Below, piece after piece: positions 1-11,464 of a stretch of DNA of 64,000 bases (its first letter is position 1; every line of letters starts with the position of its first letter). This DNA is from Oikopleura dioica (Eukaryota; Animalia; Chordata), in contig OU015566.1 in the NCBI GenBank assembly GCA_907165135.1, forward strand, positions 806,001 to 870,000, written 5' to 3'. Position numbers and translations under genes: made by a program. The notes beneath the pieces are model-generated. The model did not search any database. It had not been told where the DNA came from and worked only from the letters and a program-made list of their open reading frames with translations.

Positions 1-3000
1 TTCAGTGTTGCCTTTGACAACAATGAAGCTGAACTCAATTTCGAAGCACCGAATAAGTCTATTTCTACGTCTGTCGTTCGAAGCTCTCTAAAAGAAGACA
101 TATCGACATGGGAAAGAGTAGGACCCATCGTGGGAAAGCTTGACAAGAGTTACACTGAGCTCTGCGTTCCATTATCAGGAAAAATCTTAAATCGAATCAA
201 TTGCATGCAAAAAAACTAACGCGGGTTAACAAAGGGGTATCTAAAGTGTAATATTCCGGTGAATCGTAATGAAATGTATGGCATAGTAACAAATAGTTGG
301 ATAGCTTAGTGGTAAAGCACTCGACTCATGAGTAGGAGGTCCCAGGTTCGATCCCTGGTCCCAGATGATTTTCGAAAAATTTTTTCAGGCCAAAAAATCA
401 CTTTTTAACTGTTAGTGCCATCTTCACCGCCGTCTCAAACCGAGTCGAACGGTACAGTCGGAGTCCAAAATAAGGGACACCAAGATAAGGGACTTTTTGG
501 CTCAAAATGCCGAAAATCAGCGGCAGAAAAAAATCCAATTTAAGGGACTTTCTGAGATTAGTAAGCTTTTTCGGTTAGCTGAGAGCCAAAAATGGTATCA
601 ATTACCTTGATTTCAACCAGTTTTGCCGCAAACTGAAGTAATTTCCATTTCATTATATGGTTCCCTCTTTCAAAAATGTCATAAAAGCCACAAAAACAAT
701 GACTTCAGCTTATTTTGCCCCAAAAAATATACTTTGAAAAAATTTGGCAGCGACATATTTTTTGCTTTGATGACCCAATTTAAGGGACTTTTTTCGAAAA
801 TTTTGGAACAAAAAAAGTCCCTTATTTTGGACTCCGACTGTATATGTTTCCCTTGAAAATTCTAGAGTTTTGGGTACTTCCGGTCAAATTTACGAAATTC
901 TAGTTTTCCACTGCACATTAGGTTTTCCGCCCCCAAGTCGCAAACCTAACAAAAGAATCACACGGCTGATTTAACATATTGACCAGTCAGAGCGTGAAGG
1001 AAATACTTATGAATCAGCCCAGTCGTTATTGAACGACCCTCTTGTACAGATTATCTCGAGTCTTGGGTCTCCGGACCTGGAGAATTCTCATCAAGAAGCG
1101 TTATTCTGCCCTCTGATTGGTCAATTATGAAAATCAGCCCGGTCGTTGTTAAAAGAAACCCTTGAAGAATGACCTTTGGTTTTTGGGATCAATACCAGCT
1201 ACAGTCGGAAAATTATAAATGAAATGATAAAGAGTTAAAGATTCCTCTGAGCTTGCTCATTATTTCATCATGAGATACTAAATCTCAAAGAAGACATTGA
1301 AAGTGAAAGCGGAAAAAATCTCTTTTCTCTGGATAATATTCTCCGAATTTTCATTTTGATTTGCTGTCCGAAGTTTTTGGGCGGTCTTGGACACCGCGGA
1401 AACGAAACAAGCTCTATGCTGGACATCGAGAGCATTCTAGAGCGGTTTACAAGAAAAACTCATCTTTTGGAAGAAGGTTGGCGAATTATTGCAAAGCAGC
1501 TCTTGCCACACAAAATTCAAGCTGATTACGAAGTTGATTTTGGTTCCGTTGACCTGACTTCATTGGTTGTTTCTGAAGCTCATTTTCCCGTATCAGTAAC
1601 CGGAATGTACTATTCTGAAGATGGAATAAATACGCACCAGCTAATACTTCAACAAATCGAAGAAGGGTATTTTGTTCTTACTCTTCGAGCTGATCAAGAT
1701 CCGAAAAAGGGTTCAATTCGGATTCCGGTTCAGAACAGATTCTTTTTGAACTCCGAGGACGAGCTTGAAGACTATCCAAATCAAAATATTGATGCATTTT
1801 ATGGTGATCCTAGCGGGATAGAGCAAGAAACTTGGTACATTTTCCCAACCGCTTATTTCTTGAAAATCGATAAAATTAACAGAAAGCCGATTGAAGAAAA
1901 AATACGAAAATTCAATGACGCTTCAATTGACATGCTTTCTCGAGTTTATACCAAGCGATTTTCTGATTATACTGACGATGCGATGCCGTACTTGCTCAAT
2001 TGTCTTGAAAGAACTGAAGCATTCGACTGGAAATTTGTCAAATTCGAACGAAACTCTGATATCATGCAAGTCACGATGCCCGATGACACGAAAAAAAAAC
2101 TCAAACTCACCCCAATCATGAAAGAAATCATCAAAGATCTTGAACAGAAAAATCATCCAAAGCTTTATGGACCACCCTTGAGTCGAGAGGATTTGAAACG
2201 AGTCCAGTCGTTCTTTTTGATCGAAACTGTTGAAGATGTCGTCGAAATAGAAATGCAGAATCAGAAATGGGAAACAGCCTATATTTTCGAGCGGAACAAA
2301 ACTCTTTATCTCAAGATTCGTGGCAGAGAGAGTACGAGAGAATTTCCTCTTTCAAAAGAACAGGCCCTCGTTTTCACAGACTACAAAGAAGAATTCCAAG
2401 GAGAAGCGATCATCAGCAAGACTTTGATTGATCGAGGAGGAGAGGGTCTCGTGATGGAAATGGAAGTTGATGGAGTAACTTACGCTGCAAAAGCTCATCT
2501 CTTTGATCTTTCGATTCTAAGCCATGGGAAGAAAGTCACGGACTATATAATTGACACTGATATTTGTAAGTTCGAAATTAACGAAAAAAACATTTTTTTT
2601 GAGAAATTATTTCAAAATTTTTTAGTTGATGATCCTCGAAACGACCTTGTCCAACACAGAAACATCATCAAGCATGTTGCCAATTCACGAATTTTCCACA
2701 AAGACGACATCGAGCGAACTGACTGTTTGGGCTGGATAACATTTATGCCCAAAATGAAGCAGAATTTGTGGAGAGCGCTCGAAAATGCAGAACTTGGACC
2801 TGACGAGAGAAAGCGTATTGCCCGATCGATTTTTGAAGGAAAGCGATTTTTGCTGGAAGAGTATCGCATCGTTCAAACTGACTTGAAAGCGTCAAATATG
2901 TTTGTGACTTATGATGATTCAGCAATTAAAATTGGAGATTTCGGCCTTGTTATCGGTCAAGGCGACCAAGTTCATGGCAGTTATCAGATAAGATGTCACA

Positions 3001-5527
3001 AGAAAGAGAGTATTTGGACAAGAAAACTCGGATATCGGTAAGGATCAAAAACATAATTTCTCAAATATCCATTTGACCACCACTCGATCAAATTACCAGA
3101 CACTACGGGGCGGGGGGTGGTGTCTGGAATCGACGTAAATTTCTACGTGGACGGTGGTATGCGGTCCCCTGGGTTTTCAAACCCAGAGTCGCAAAATGCC
3201 CAGCCTGGGTTAACCAGTCCCAGATTGTCAAATTCATCAGCCTGGGTTTTTCAAAACCCAGGCTCGCCACTTCTGAGAGTCTAGATTTGGCAAACCATGC
3301 ATGGATGAAAACAGATTTTAATATGTCTACAAACAGAAATTCTGCCTATACTCTGCGATTTTGGCCCGAGGAACATTCAGCACTAAAGCTTATTGGTACT
3401 GGCAACACCGTTAATGGCCTTCTTAGTGAAGGCGCGAAAGGAGAAACAATTGACTAGCTTAAGATTGAATTTTCCTATCGAATCAGGCGCGGAGCGCACT
3501 CCAGTCGTATTTTTTTGCCTTCTCACATTTTTCTGGACTATATTTTGAGCTGACAGTACAAATTAGTACCGGTAGTTTAGTCAGGCTAAGGTAAGCTAAG
3601 GCCACATAAAACCAGATGATCAGGATTCACACAAATCTGAACATTTTCTGAACAAAACCCAGGCTCAACGATTTTGTGTCCTGGGATTAGAAAACCCAGG
3701 CTAGACACTTTTGCGACTCTGGGTTTGAAAACCCAGGTGACCGCCTACAACCTACGTGGACGGCTCCTCAGCAGCTGATTGACAGATAAGCTGAATCCGG
3801 GCTTCTGATTGGTTAAAAACTTTCCCGCAAAATTTGTCGAGATTTTTTTTCGGTTCAATACACCCGTGGGGCACCATTTTGTCAGCCCTGTTTCACTGTT
3901 AAATTCTTCTTTAGACGACCCCATGAAAAATTTCTCAACGAAGAAAGGCTTCTTTCTGGTACCCCTGGATTTACCTACAGCAAGGCATTGAACAATCAGC
4001 CAGTCGCTGTCTCTCCCTTTAGGAGGCTTCTGATCTTCCTTACCTGTGAATGGTTCACTGCTTGGAACATCAATTTTTTCACATCAATCCCTCTTGAAAC
4101 GATCAAATTCAACTTTCAACAATGTGGACTTGATTTCGAAGTTTTCCTTGCCCCGCTACGCCTTCATGAGAAAGATGCCAAAATCGACATTCTGCAAATG
4201 AAATTCGGCCAAGCGACGGATCCACACCGCTCAAGAATGCGAATGATTCACGAAGTCATGAAAATGAACCGAGTGGTTCAAATAAGCCTCGACTCTTTTG
4301 GACAACAAATTGAAATTTCCAACAGAACCGCGAAATCGGTCGAGATGCTGAAATGGAAAGAAGATCTTTCAAGACACAATTCTTATGATTTCCAAAATGT
4401 TACAAAGCATGCAATCGATCAGAAAAGTTCTGAATTGTCAGTTTCCATTTGTAAGCTTTTTCTCCTTGATTATGATTCATATGATATTTTAAGCTGTGAC
4501 GAATTTACTACGATATGCAATCAAGGAAAGACTTCGTGAAATTAACCCGAATACTGTTGATGATCAAATGAAGCCGTACACCTTCGATTTTCTTTTGAAA
4601 ACATTGATATTTCACATTTATCCGCGAAATTTTGATGGAATGGACCTGAACCCATCCCCTAGAAGAAAGTACAAAGGTGCCCCCCTTAATTTGGGATGGT
4701 GTCTGGAACCGACAAAAAATTCGACAAATTTTGCGTAGGCGGCTACTCGGCTGCTAATTGGCCGGTTTGCCAAATCCAGGATTCTGATTGGTTGAAAATT
4801 TCCACGCAAAATTTGTCGAATTTTTTTGTCGGTTCAAGACACGTCCCCCTTAATTTTTGCCAACCCTTATCCCATTATTTAGCCCAACAAAATATGAGTG
4901 TCGACAAATTGCTCCGTCGACTTGAAGAGAAAAATTTCATGTTTTGCATTCCCGTAAGGAATCAAGAAACAAATGAAATTGAATACCCGTTTTTCGAAGG
5001 ATGGAAACAGCTTCTTTTGTTGATAAAAGAGCAGGACTTCATCGCTACCTCAAAGTTCTTTTTTAACTCAGGTATCTTTATTTGAATTGCAGAAAGATTT
5101 TTTACTTATATGTTTAGTTGAATTGAATGAGAATTTCGTTTTCGACCGACCTCTGACTGTTTCTTGCTGTTACATAACACAAGATGAAAATCGAGTTCTC
5201 CACGAAAACTGGCATCAGCTTCTTCTTGATCGCGTCGACACCGTTAACAGACAGTACATTCTACAAAGCTCCCTTGTTGATGAGTCATTCCCTGAAATGA
5301 CTGCTTGTGTGAAAATCCCAATGGAGCGACCGTATTATATGCATAACGACTTTTTTGTGCGAAATCAATTTGTCCAACAAAATAATTACCAATACTTTGA
5401 CCCAGCAGCTAATGTTTTCATGAAGCTCGTCAATGTTGAAGTTGACTGTGGCATCAAGACAAATATGTGGTATCTTTTCCCAACTGCTTATTCTATTCAA
5501 ATCATTGATAAAGAATTATATGTGTAA
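1..5527 (+). CDS. Tandem papain-like / protein kinase / papain-like fusion protein, 5'-partial. Exons approx <1-178, 1252-3037, 3915-4450, 4494-~4675, ~4880-5071, 5116-5527
   Basis: Kinase motifs in ORF 1356-3041: RGGEG, AAK, QTDLKASN, DFG. Phase-2 splice 3037/3915 (cg|gtaag...ttag|a) joins RKLGYR to RPHEKF..SGTPGF..LIFLTCEWFTAW, matching GSPGF..FLFCDWKTAW in the 17570 paralogue. Papain-like blocks ELCVPLS / FPVSV / THQLIL and DQKSSELS / RPLTV / WHQLLL. The 178/1252 join needs a GA donor. Confidence 0.75.
295..366 (+). pseudogene. tRNA-Met(CAT)-like pseudogene or tRNA-derived SINE head
   Basis: A box TAGCTTAGTGGTAAAGC and B box GGTTCGATCCC. D stem (GCTT/AAGC) and T stem (CCAGG/CCTGG) pair perfectly; anticodon loop is CTCATGA. 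Anticodon and acceptor stems are largely mismatched. Confidence 0.7.
455..840. mobile_element. Tc1/mariner-type MITE
   Basis: 24-bp TIR CAGTCGGAGTCCAAAATAAGGGAC, flanked by TA at 453-454 and 841-842. Confidence 0.85.
3154..3751. mobile_element. MULE-like MITE nested in a family-A MITE
   Basis: ~58-bp imperfect TIRs (GTGGTATGCGGTCCCCTGGGTTTTCAAACCCAGAG...). 11-bp direct repeat CTACGTGGACG at 3143-3153 and 3752-3762. The flanks rejoin into a family-A copy (~3114-3866). Confidence 0.8.
4693..4847. mobile_element. 155-bp MULE-type MITE (family A, paired CCAAT boxes)
   Basis: GGG...CCC ends, long TIR (GGTGTC..GGAACCGACAAAAAATTCGACAAATTTTGCG), 9-bp TSD CCTTAATTT. Related copies at ~3114, 24873, 28797, 41003, 52808, 53615, 61710. 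Confidence 0.85.
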
Positions 5528-6042
5528 ATAAACTCAATGCATGTCGAAAATTCAACTTGCTTCGGAGACTTTTTAGGAAAATATTCTGAAAATTAATAAA
5601 AAAAAAATAAAAAAAAAGCTAGTAAAATGAAGGACAAATCAGTTTTGGAGACAAAAGCGGTCATGACGTTCTAGATCTTCTTTGGGCACTGCGTGTAGTT
5701 TTTGATTGGTCAATGGGAGCGTCCAATATTTGCGGAGAAGTGTTTCTTTGTTCCGCCCTGGGGCAGAGTGACCAGCAAAAGATTTTGATTTTTTTTTGTT
5801 TTCGGGCGATTTCGGCAATGCCCGCAGGCGCGTGAAAGAATTTTTTGCAAGAGAAAACTGAAAAAGAAAAGGAAAAGAGAAAAATTTTCATGAAGAAAGA
5901 ATAAATATTTGGAAAAATGATGACAGGAATGAGTTTAAAGAAAGCGAAAAACTGATATCAAAAATTTTACTTTGAGCTCTAGAAAATTTTTCCTGAAAAA
6001 AATTCTCTCAACTCAAAACAGATCGGACTCCAATAAAATCCC

Positions 6043-8325
6043 ATGCAGCTTTTTCAATTCACTACGAGGTAAAGTCCTTCCCGACTATTTTCTTCCTCGT
6101 TGCCAAGATCATTTAAAATTAATTCTTCGAGAGAAGAAGTCAGAATTTCTAATGAGCGTCATTTTCAGTCATCGTCAGAGAGCAGCAGCGATGGATTTCG
6201 CCTCAATTCCGCGTCAAGTTCCGAAACTATTCGGGTAAGAAAAGAGCTCTTCCGCTTGCCCTTCATTTTTCCCTCAGCCTTCCACAGCTGGTTCCTCGAC
6301 AGAAACCCTGAAGCCAGAAAACGAAGAATCTTCGATGACCCCTTCGCGTCAGGAAATTCTGCTCTCAGGGTCCGACTGGTCGCAAGACAGACATTCTGAC
6401 TTTTCAACAGGCACTTCGGGTTGGTCCTCAATCGATGGAGATTACGATTGTGATCGAAAAGGAACTGGTTCTTTTTGAAAATAAGCGGTTTTAACGACTC
6501 TTTTGAACCAGGGAAAAGCTGCGTTGACGGTGACAAAATGCTTGGTTACGATAGATAAATTATTGTTCGGAGAAGAAATCAACAACGAAGAGCAGCAGTT
6601 TGTTTCTGAAGAAGTCAAGGAAGAATGCAAATTATGGAGAGAGAATTTTACGTATTTACGGCTCTCTGGAAACAGGTAGGCTTTTTCTATTTTTCAATCT
6701 CGCAAAATCATTTAAGAATCTGCCCCTCTCGATCGACTGACGGGCTCGAATACTTCCCCCGATCAGGAGCAGCCGTAGAAGACGACCCTGATGAAGAAAT
6801 CGATCTTCCTCCAGTCGAAATTCAGCCAACAAAATCTGCCGAATTCGATCAATCGTCTTTTCAAAAGCCGGACATGTCCTTGAATCTCGAAGGAAAACGA
6901 ATGATTCCAAAGGTGCCAGCTGCTAACGCGACTTATGCCGAAGAAGTTATCGAAAGTCATGGAATTGTGGAAGAATTGATAGCGTCGGATAGAAATCAAA
7001 TTGCAGTGAAAGTGAAGAAACGACCGAAAAGGTACTTTCATCTGTTCCGCCAATAATTCTAATTTTCACTCAAGCTCCAGCGGAAAAATCGAATACTACC
7101 CGATCAAATACCCCGACCCACTAACGCCCGAAGGTGTTCCGAATACTCGGGTGATTTACGAGCGGCCAAATCCTCCCGCTCGAGCAGCAACAGTCCTCTC
7201 AAATGCGCCAAGTACTTCGAGACCATTTCAGTCGACGAGAAATGCTTCTAGAGCTAGTGGTGACTATCGAGGCCAGTTCAAACAGGTAATGAAAAGAGAC
7301 ATTTTTCGAACCAAAACGCTCTTTCAGAATCAAGAGAAAGAAATCCAGCTGCAAGAAATGATGCAAAAAGGAATCAGCTCACTGAAAGTCAAGGGCTCAT
7401 CTCACTCCCTAGACTCAAGACTGAATATCAATCGAGAAGCAACAGATGTTTTTCCTTCGTAATACCCTCACTTTTTCGACTCTCCATAACGAATTCTAGA
7501 TTGAAAATGAAGGAATCATTCCTGAACCGCCCAGCAACGACACAATCTCGACAAAGAGAAGGCTCTAGAAATCAATCGAGACCGAATAATCGAGTTCCTT
7601 TGAAAAAGCATCGTCTTGAACCGCTCGCTCCGAAAAGGTACCCCCCTTGCATTCGCATTCGAAAGCTAAAACTCTCCTCAGTCGACTCCAATCACGCCAA
7701 AATTACGATAGCAGAGGCCTTGACCAGCTCATGGGCCATTCTATCAGCCAAAAAGAACTGTCAAAAAGGTCAGAGTTTCCTCATTATTTTCTCTTATCAT
7801 TTTTTCAGCTATTCGTCGATTGAGAGCCGCGTTTCTCCAACAAACAACACCTCTTCCTCGCGTCTCTTTTCCCGACCTTCGGATACTCTCGTGCGCATTC
7901 CCGAATCCCGACCGGATACCCTTAACGATTATCCAATCAAGCACAGTGTTTCTTCGCGACTATACGACCACTCTTCAGAACGAGCAAACTTTTCCCAGGC
8001 GAGTCGGAGACAACCCCTGACGATAGCAAATCAAGTTTCAAAGGTAAAAGGTTTACATTTGCTAGTGAAACCCTTAATTTTCCCTTTAGATGAATATCAT
8101 CCAAGGAATCGAAGGAAAACCGCCACCAAAGCAGAAGTACCACTACCACCACCGCCATCATCACATGTGACAATCGAAAACCGAAAACCTCCTTTTTTCT
8201 ATTTATTTCCAACTGTCTTCAAACAGCAGACAGTTTTTTCTCAAACAAACCTCAACCATCAGCTCATTTCTACCTTTTTTCTATTTTCCGCGCACCACTT
8301 CTGCTTTCACAAAAAATATTTGTAA
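6043..8325 (+). CDS. FAM149: FAM149-like (DUF3719) protein, multi-exon; 3' end uncertain
   Basis: Spliced reading gives a Ser-rich region then TIDKLLFGEE..VKEECKLWRENFTYLRLSG and EEVIESHGIVEELIASD, resembling FAM149A/B conserved blocks (IDELLYE..EECQQW..FPHLRILG; EGIIEEYLAFD) recalled from memory. Confidence 0.6.
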
Positions 8326-8896
8326 AATATGTTTTTATATTTTTCTCTTAATTTTTGACAAATATCGATGATCTCTCCTCTTTTTTATATTTTTGTACAC
8401 GACGAAATAAATTTTTGCAAAACAAAAAATATCCATGAAGAACTTTTGTCTCTTTTAACGGGTCTTTTTTCCATTAAAAGAGACGTTTTCTTATCACTTC
8501 AAGCCCCAAATCTTGTCCTCCCGCAGCAGGGTATTAGAGAGACGATTGCAGGAAATGTTGTGTAGCCAGGCATTGATTTCATTTATCGGTGCGTGTCCGG
8601 CAAGAGCGATAACAGGCGCGCTCACCTTTTCCGCGGCGAATTTGATTTATTTCCCTTTCTTTCTTTCCGTGCTGGCCGAATCGAAAATCACCGAGCACGA
8701 GCACCGCAAAAACGCCCCAGGGCTACTAGTACAAACAGTTGTGAGATAGATAAAAACTGCGATAGAAGAAAAGAGAAACAAGATATTGAAGAGATTATAT
8801 AAAAACCTTTTTAAGAGAGACAAAACTTCTGTCGAAAAAGTCTCTTTTCTATCAAGTGATAAGAGACAATCAGAGAGAAGAAAAAAATAAAGAGTA

Positions 8897-11223
8897 ATGA
8901 AAACCCTGGCAATAGCTGCTCTACTAAACTCTCAATCTGAAGGTATGAAGCATTCTTTTTTATTCGAAGAAATAACAAAGGGACACCCTTAATTTCCTCC
9001 ACTCATCATTTTTTCTTAGCGGTTCTGGCAGATAACAACTGGACCGAATGGGAAGCCATAACCGATTGCACCGCCGATTGCATCACCCAAAACGTCGGAA
9101 CATTAATCTACCAGCGCTCCCGGCTCAACTACCTGGTCGACGATCTGAACAACTCGACGATTCCGGAAATTCAGAATAAGACAGAAATCTGCACCGCGGA
9201 TTCTTTCTGCCCGAAATGGTCAAAATGGGAGAACGCGCCAACTCCTTGCTCAGCAACTTGCGGTGGGGGCACTCGAAGTCAGATTCGAAAGTGCATCAAT
9301 GGGCAAATTGGCCAGGTTGGATGCCAAGGGCCTGTGCAACAGCTCGTCGCTTGTAATGAAGATCCATGTCGTAAGTAAAAGAAAGAATTCAAAATAAGCA
9401 AACCGATCTATCTTCAGCCTCGTGGAGCTCGTGGTCAATCGATTACGACGGCGGTCAAACCTGCGGTCCATTCTGCAAAATGACAAAAACACGCTCGTGC
9501 AAGAGTGGCGAGAAAATTCTTGTTGAAATTCCAGCGCCGTGTCCTGGTCCAGCCCGGCTTGACACTGGTTGTTCTCCCTGTGGAAGTTGGAGTGATTGGA
9601 GCGAAGGGGAGTGCTCGGAGACGTGTGGGGAGGGAAAGATTTTGGCTGAGAGAGAGTGCTTGACGGAAGAGGGCATTTTTGCTGACGATTGCCCGGGGCA
9701 ATCCGTGAAGGTTGACAGTTGCAAAATCGCGGATTGTCCAACAACAGTCCCTCGAAATCTCGAGTCGGCATCAAACACAACAACAACGACAGTATCAACA
9801 CCTACATCAACACCTCTCTCAACAAAACCAGCACTCAATTCAACAACAATTCAAAGCACCAGACCTCGATTCGTCCCTTCCACTGTTTCCTTGTTGTCTC
9901 CAACCCCACCTCAAAATATTGAAACACTCCTGGCCGAAGGTACCACCCAGTCTTCCCCGACAGGAATGGTTTATTTTTTATAACCGAAAACAACTCTGGA
10001 AGCAATTAACCGAGAAGCATCTTTTTTACAATTTTTTTTCATTTCTACTACCTATCAGTTGAACTCAATTGATCACGGAAAAAGCAAATTTTTATGAATG
10101 AGGATGATGATTCATTTTTTTCGAAAAAGATTTCCACTGCGAAGAAAATTGGGAAAAACTTCGGTTTTGGGATGGATGGAAATGCGTGATATTCTTTCAA
10201 AACCCCCGACCCTGGGCTTATGCCAACCGCGATTGCAAAGGAGAAGACGCTCATCTTCCGATTCCGCACAGTAGCTTCGATCAGTATCAACTCTACGAGC
10301 TCGTTCGAAAAGCAAAGTTGCCCCTTCGAGCGACTTGGTTGGGTTTGAAGCGGAATTGGGACCTGACTTGGGTCGAGGATCACTCGACAGTCAACATCGT
10401 CGACTTCAGTTACGACAACTGGCACATTGGCTATCCAGATCCGACAGACTTCTACGCTGCAATGCGGCAAAGCGATGGACTTTGGTCGACTGGAATCGGA
10501 AAAGCGTCCTTGAGATTTTTTTGTTTTAAAAATGCGTCTGAGATTCAACTGATAGGTAGACTCCTCCCTCGATTTTTTTCCTTTCCGAATGATTTTGTAA
10601 ACCAATTTTAAAGACCTGGATGCGCCGATGATAACGGCGGATGCGTTGTTGACAGTTTTGGATAATATGCTCGAGTCGAACCCGGAAGAGATTGATCTTG
10701 AAGAAATTGTTGTTCAAGCAGCATCAGAAGCAACAGACACTCCAAAGCTCAATTCAACCGTTTCGACAACAAGAACTTCTTCAACAACATCTCCCCAAAT
10801 AACAAGACCTTTACAGCAGACAAGTCAAATTGTCCAAAAATCACTGACGTCAACAAGGAGTACAACAACTGTAAGCTAAAACTTACCGTCGAAGTCAATT
10901 TTCTTCAATTTTTTCAGATTCTTACGACGACAGCGACAAAACCTCTTGAAACAAATCCAATTATTGAATCCCTACCACCAGCATCGCCCAACATTCCCGA
11001 AACAACAGCAGCTTCTGACATGGTTTTTGACACCCCTTTTATGTCGCCAGAAATCCAAACAACAGATGTCCAAGAAGAACTTCCAGACTTTCTGCAGCCG
11101 GCAGAGGAAGCAAGTACTGTCTCTCAAACAGTTCGAACGAGGGAGAGCAAATCGTCTACCGGAAGCGATGCAAGGATTCTTAGGGCTTCAGTGTTGGTTC
11201 TTACGGTTCTTTTGTCTTTGTAA
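8897..11223 (+). CDS. Secreted/GPI-anchored protein: TSP1 repeats - Thr/Ser stalk - C-type-lectin-like domain - mucin stalk
   Basis: Signal peptide MKTLAIAALL...; WSxW..CSxTCGxG repeats (9020-9740); PWAYANRDC..TWLGLKR..YDNW..GYP (10200-10500); hydrophobic C-terminus SVLVLTVLLSL*. Confidence 0.8.
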
Positions 11224-11464
11224 AGTTTTTGATTCCTGTAAATAAAAGTTGGAATTCTTACGTGTATATATATTACCAATAAGATTGCTGTATTCGGCCA
11301 GCCGGCCAATCAAAGCCCTGATCAACCTTGCCGAGCCGAAATTTAATCTGTGGTTCGATTGGTAGTTCGATCTAAGCCGAACCAATTTTTCTCCCTGATC
11401 TAATGAGTCGATAAAGGCCAGATTGCTCCTCATTCGCTGAATCGAGAAAAAATTATCGTTCAAA

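Noticed and set aside
1232-1272. Apparent frameshifted 'ELKIPLS' N-terminus suggesting a pseudogene
   Set aside because: Better explained by splicing of the TELCVPLS exon (ending at 178) to 1252, which restores ACSLFHH, matching VTTLLRH in the paralogue
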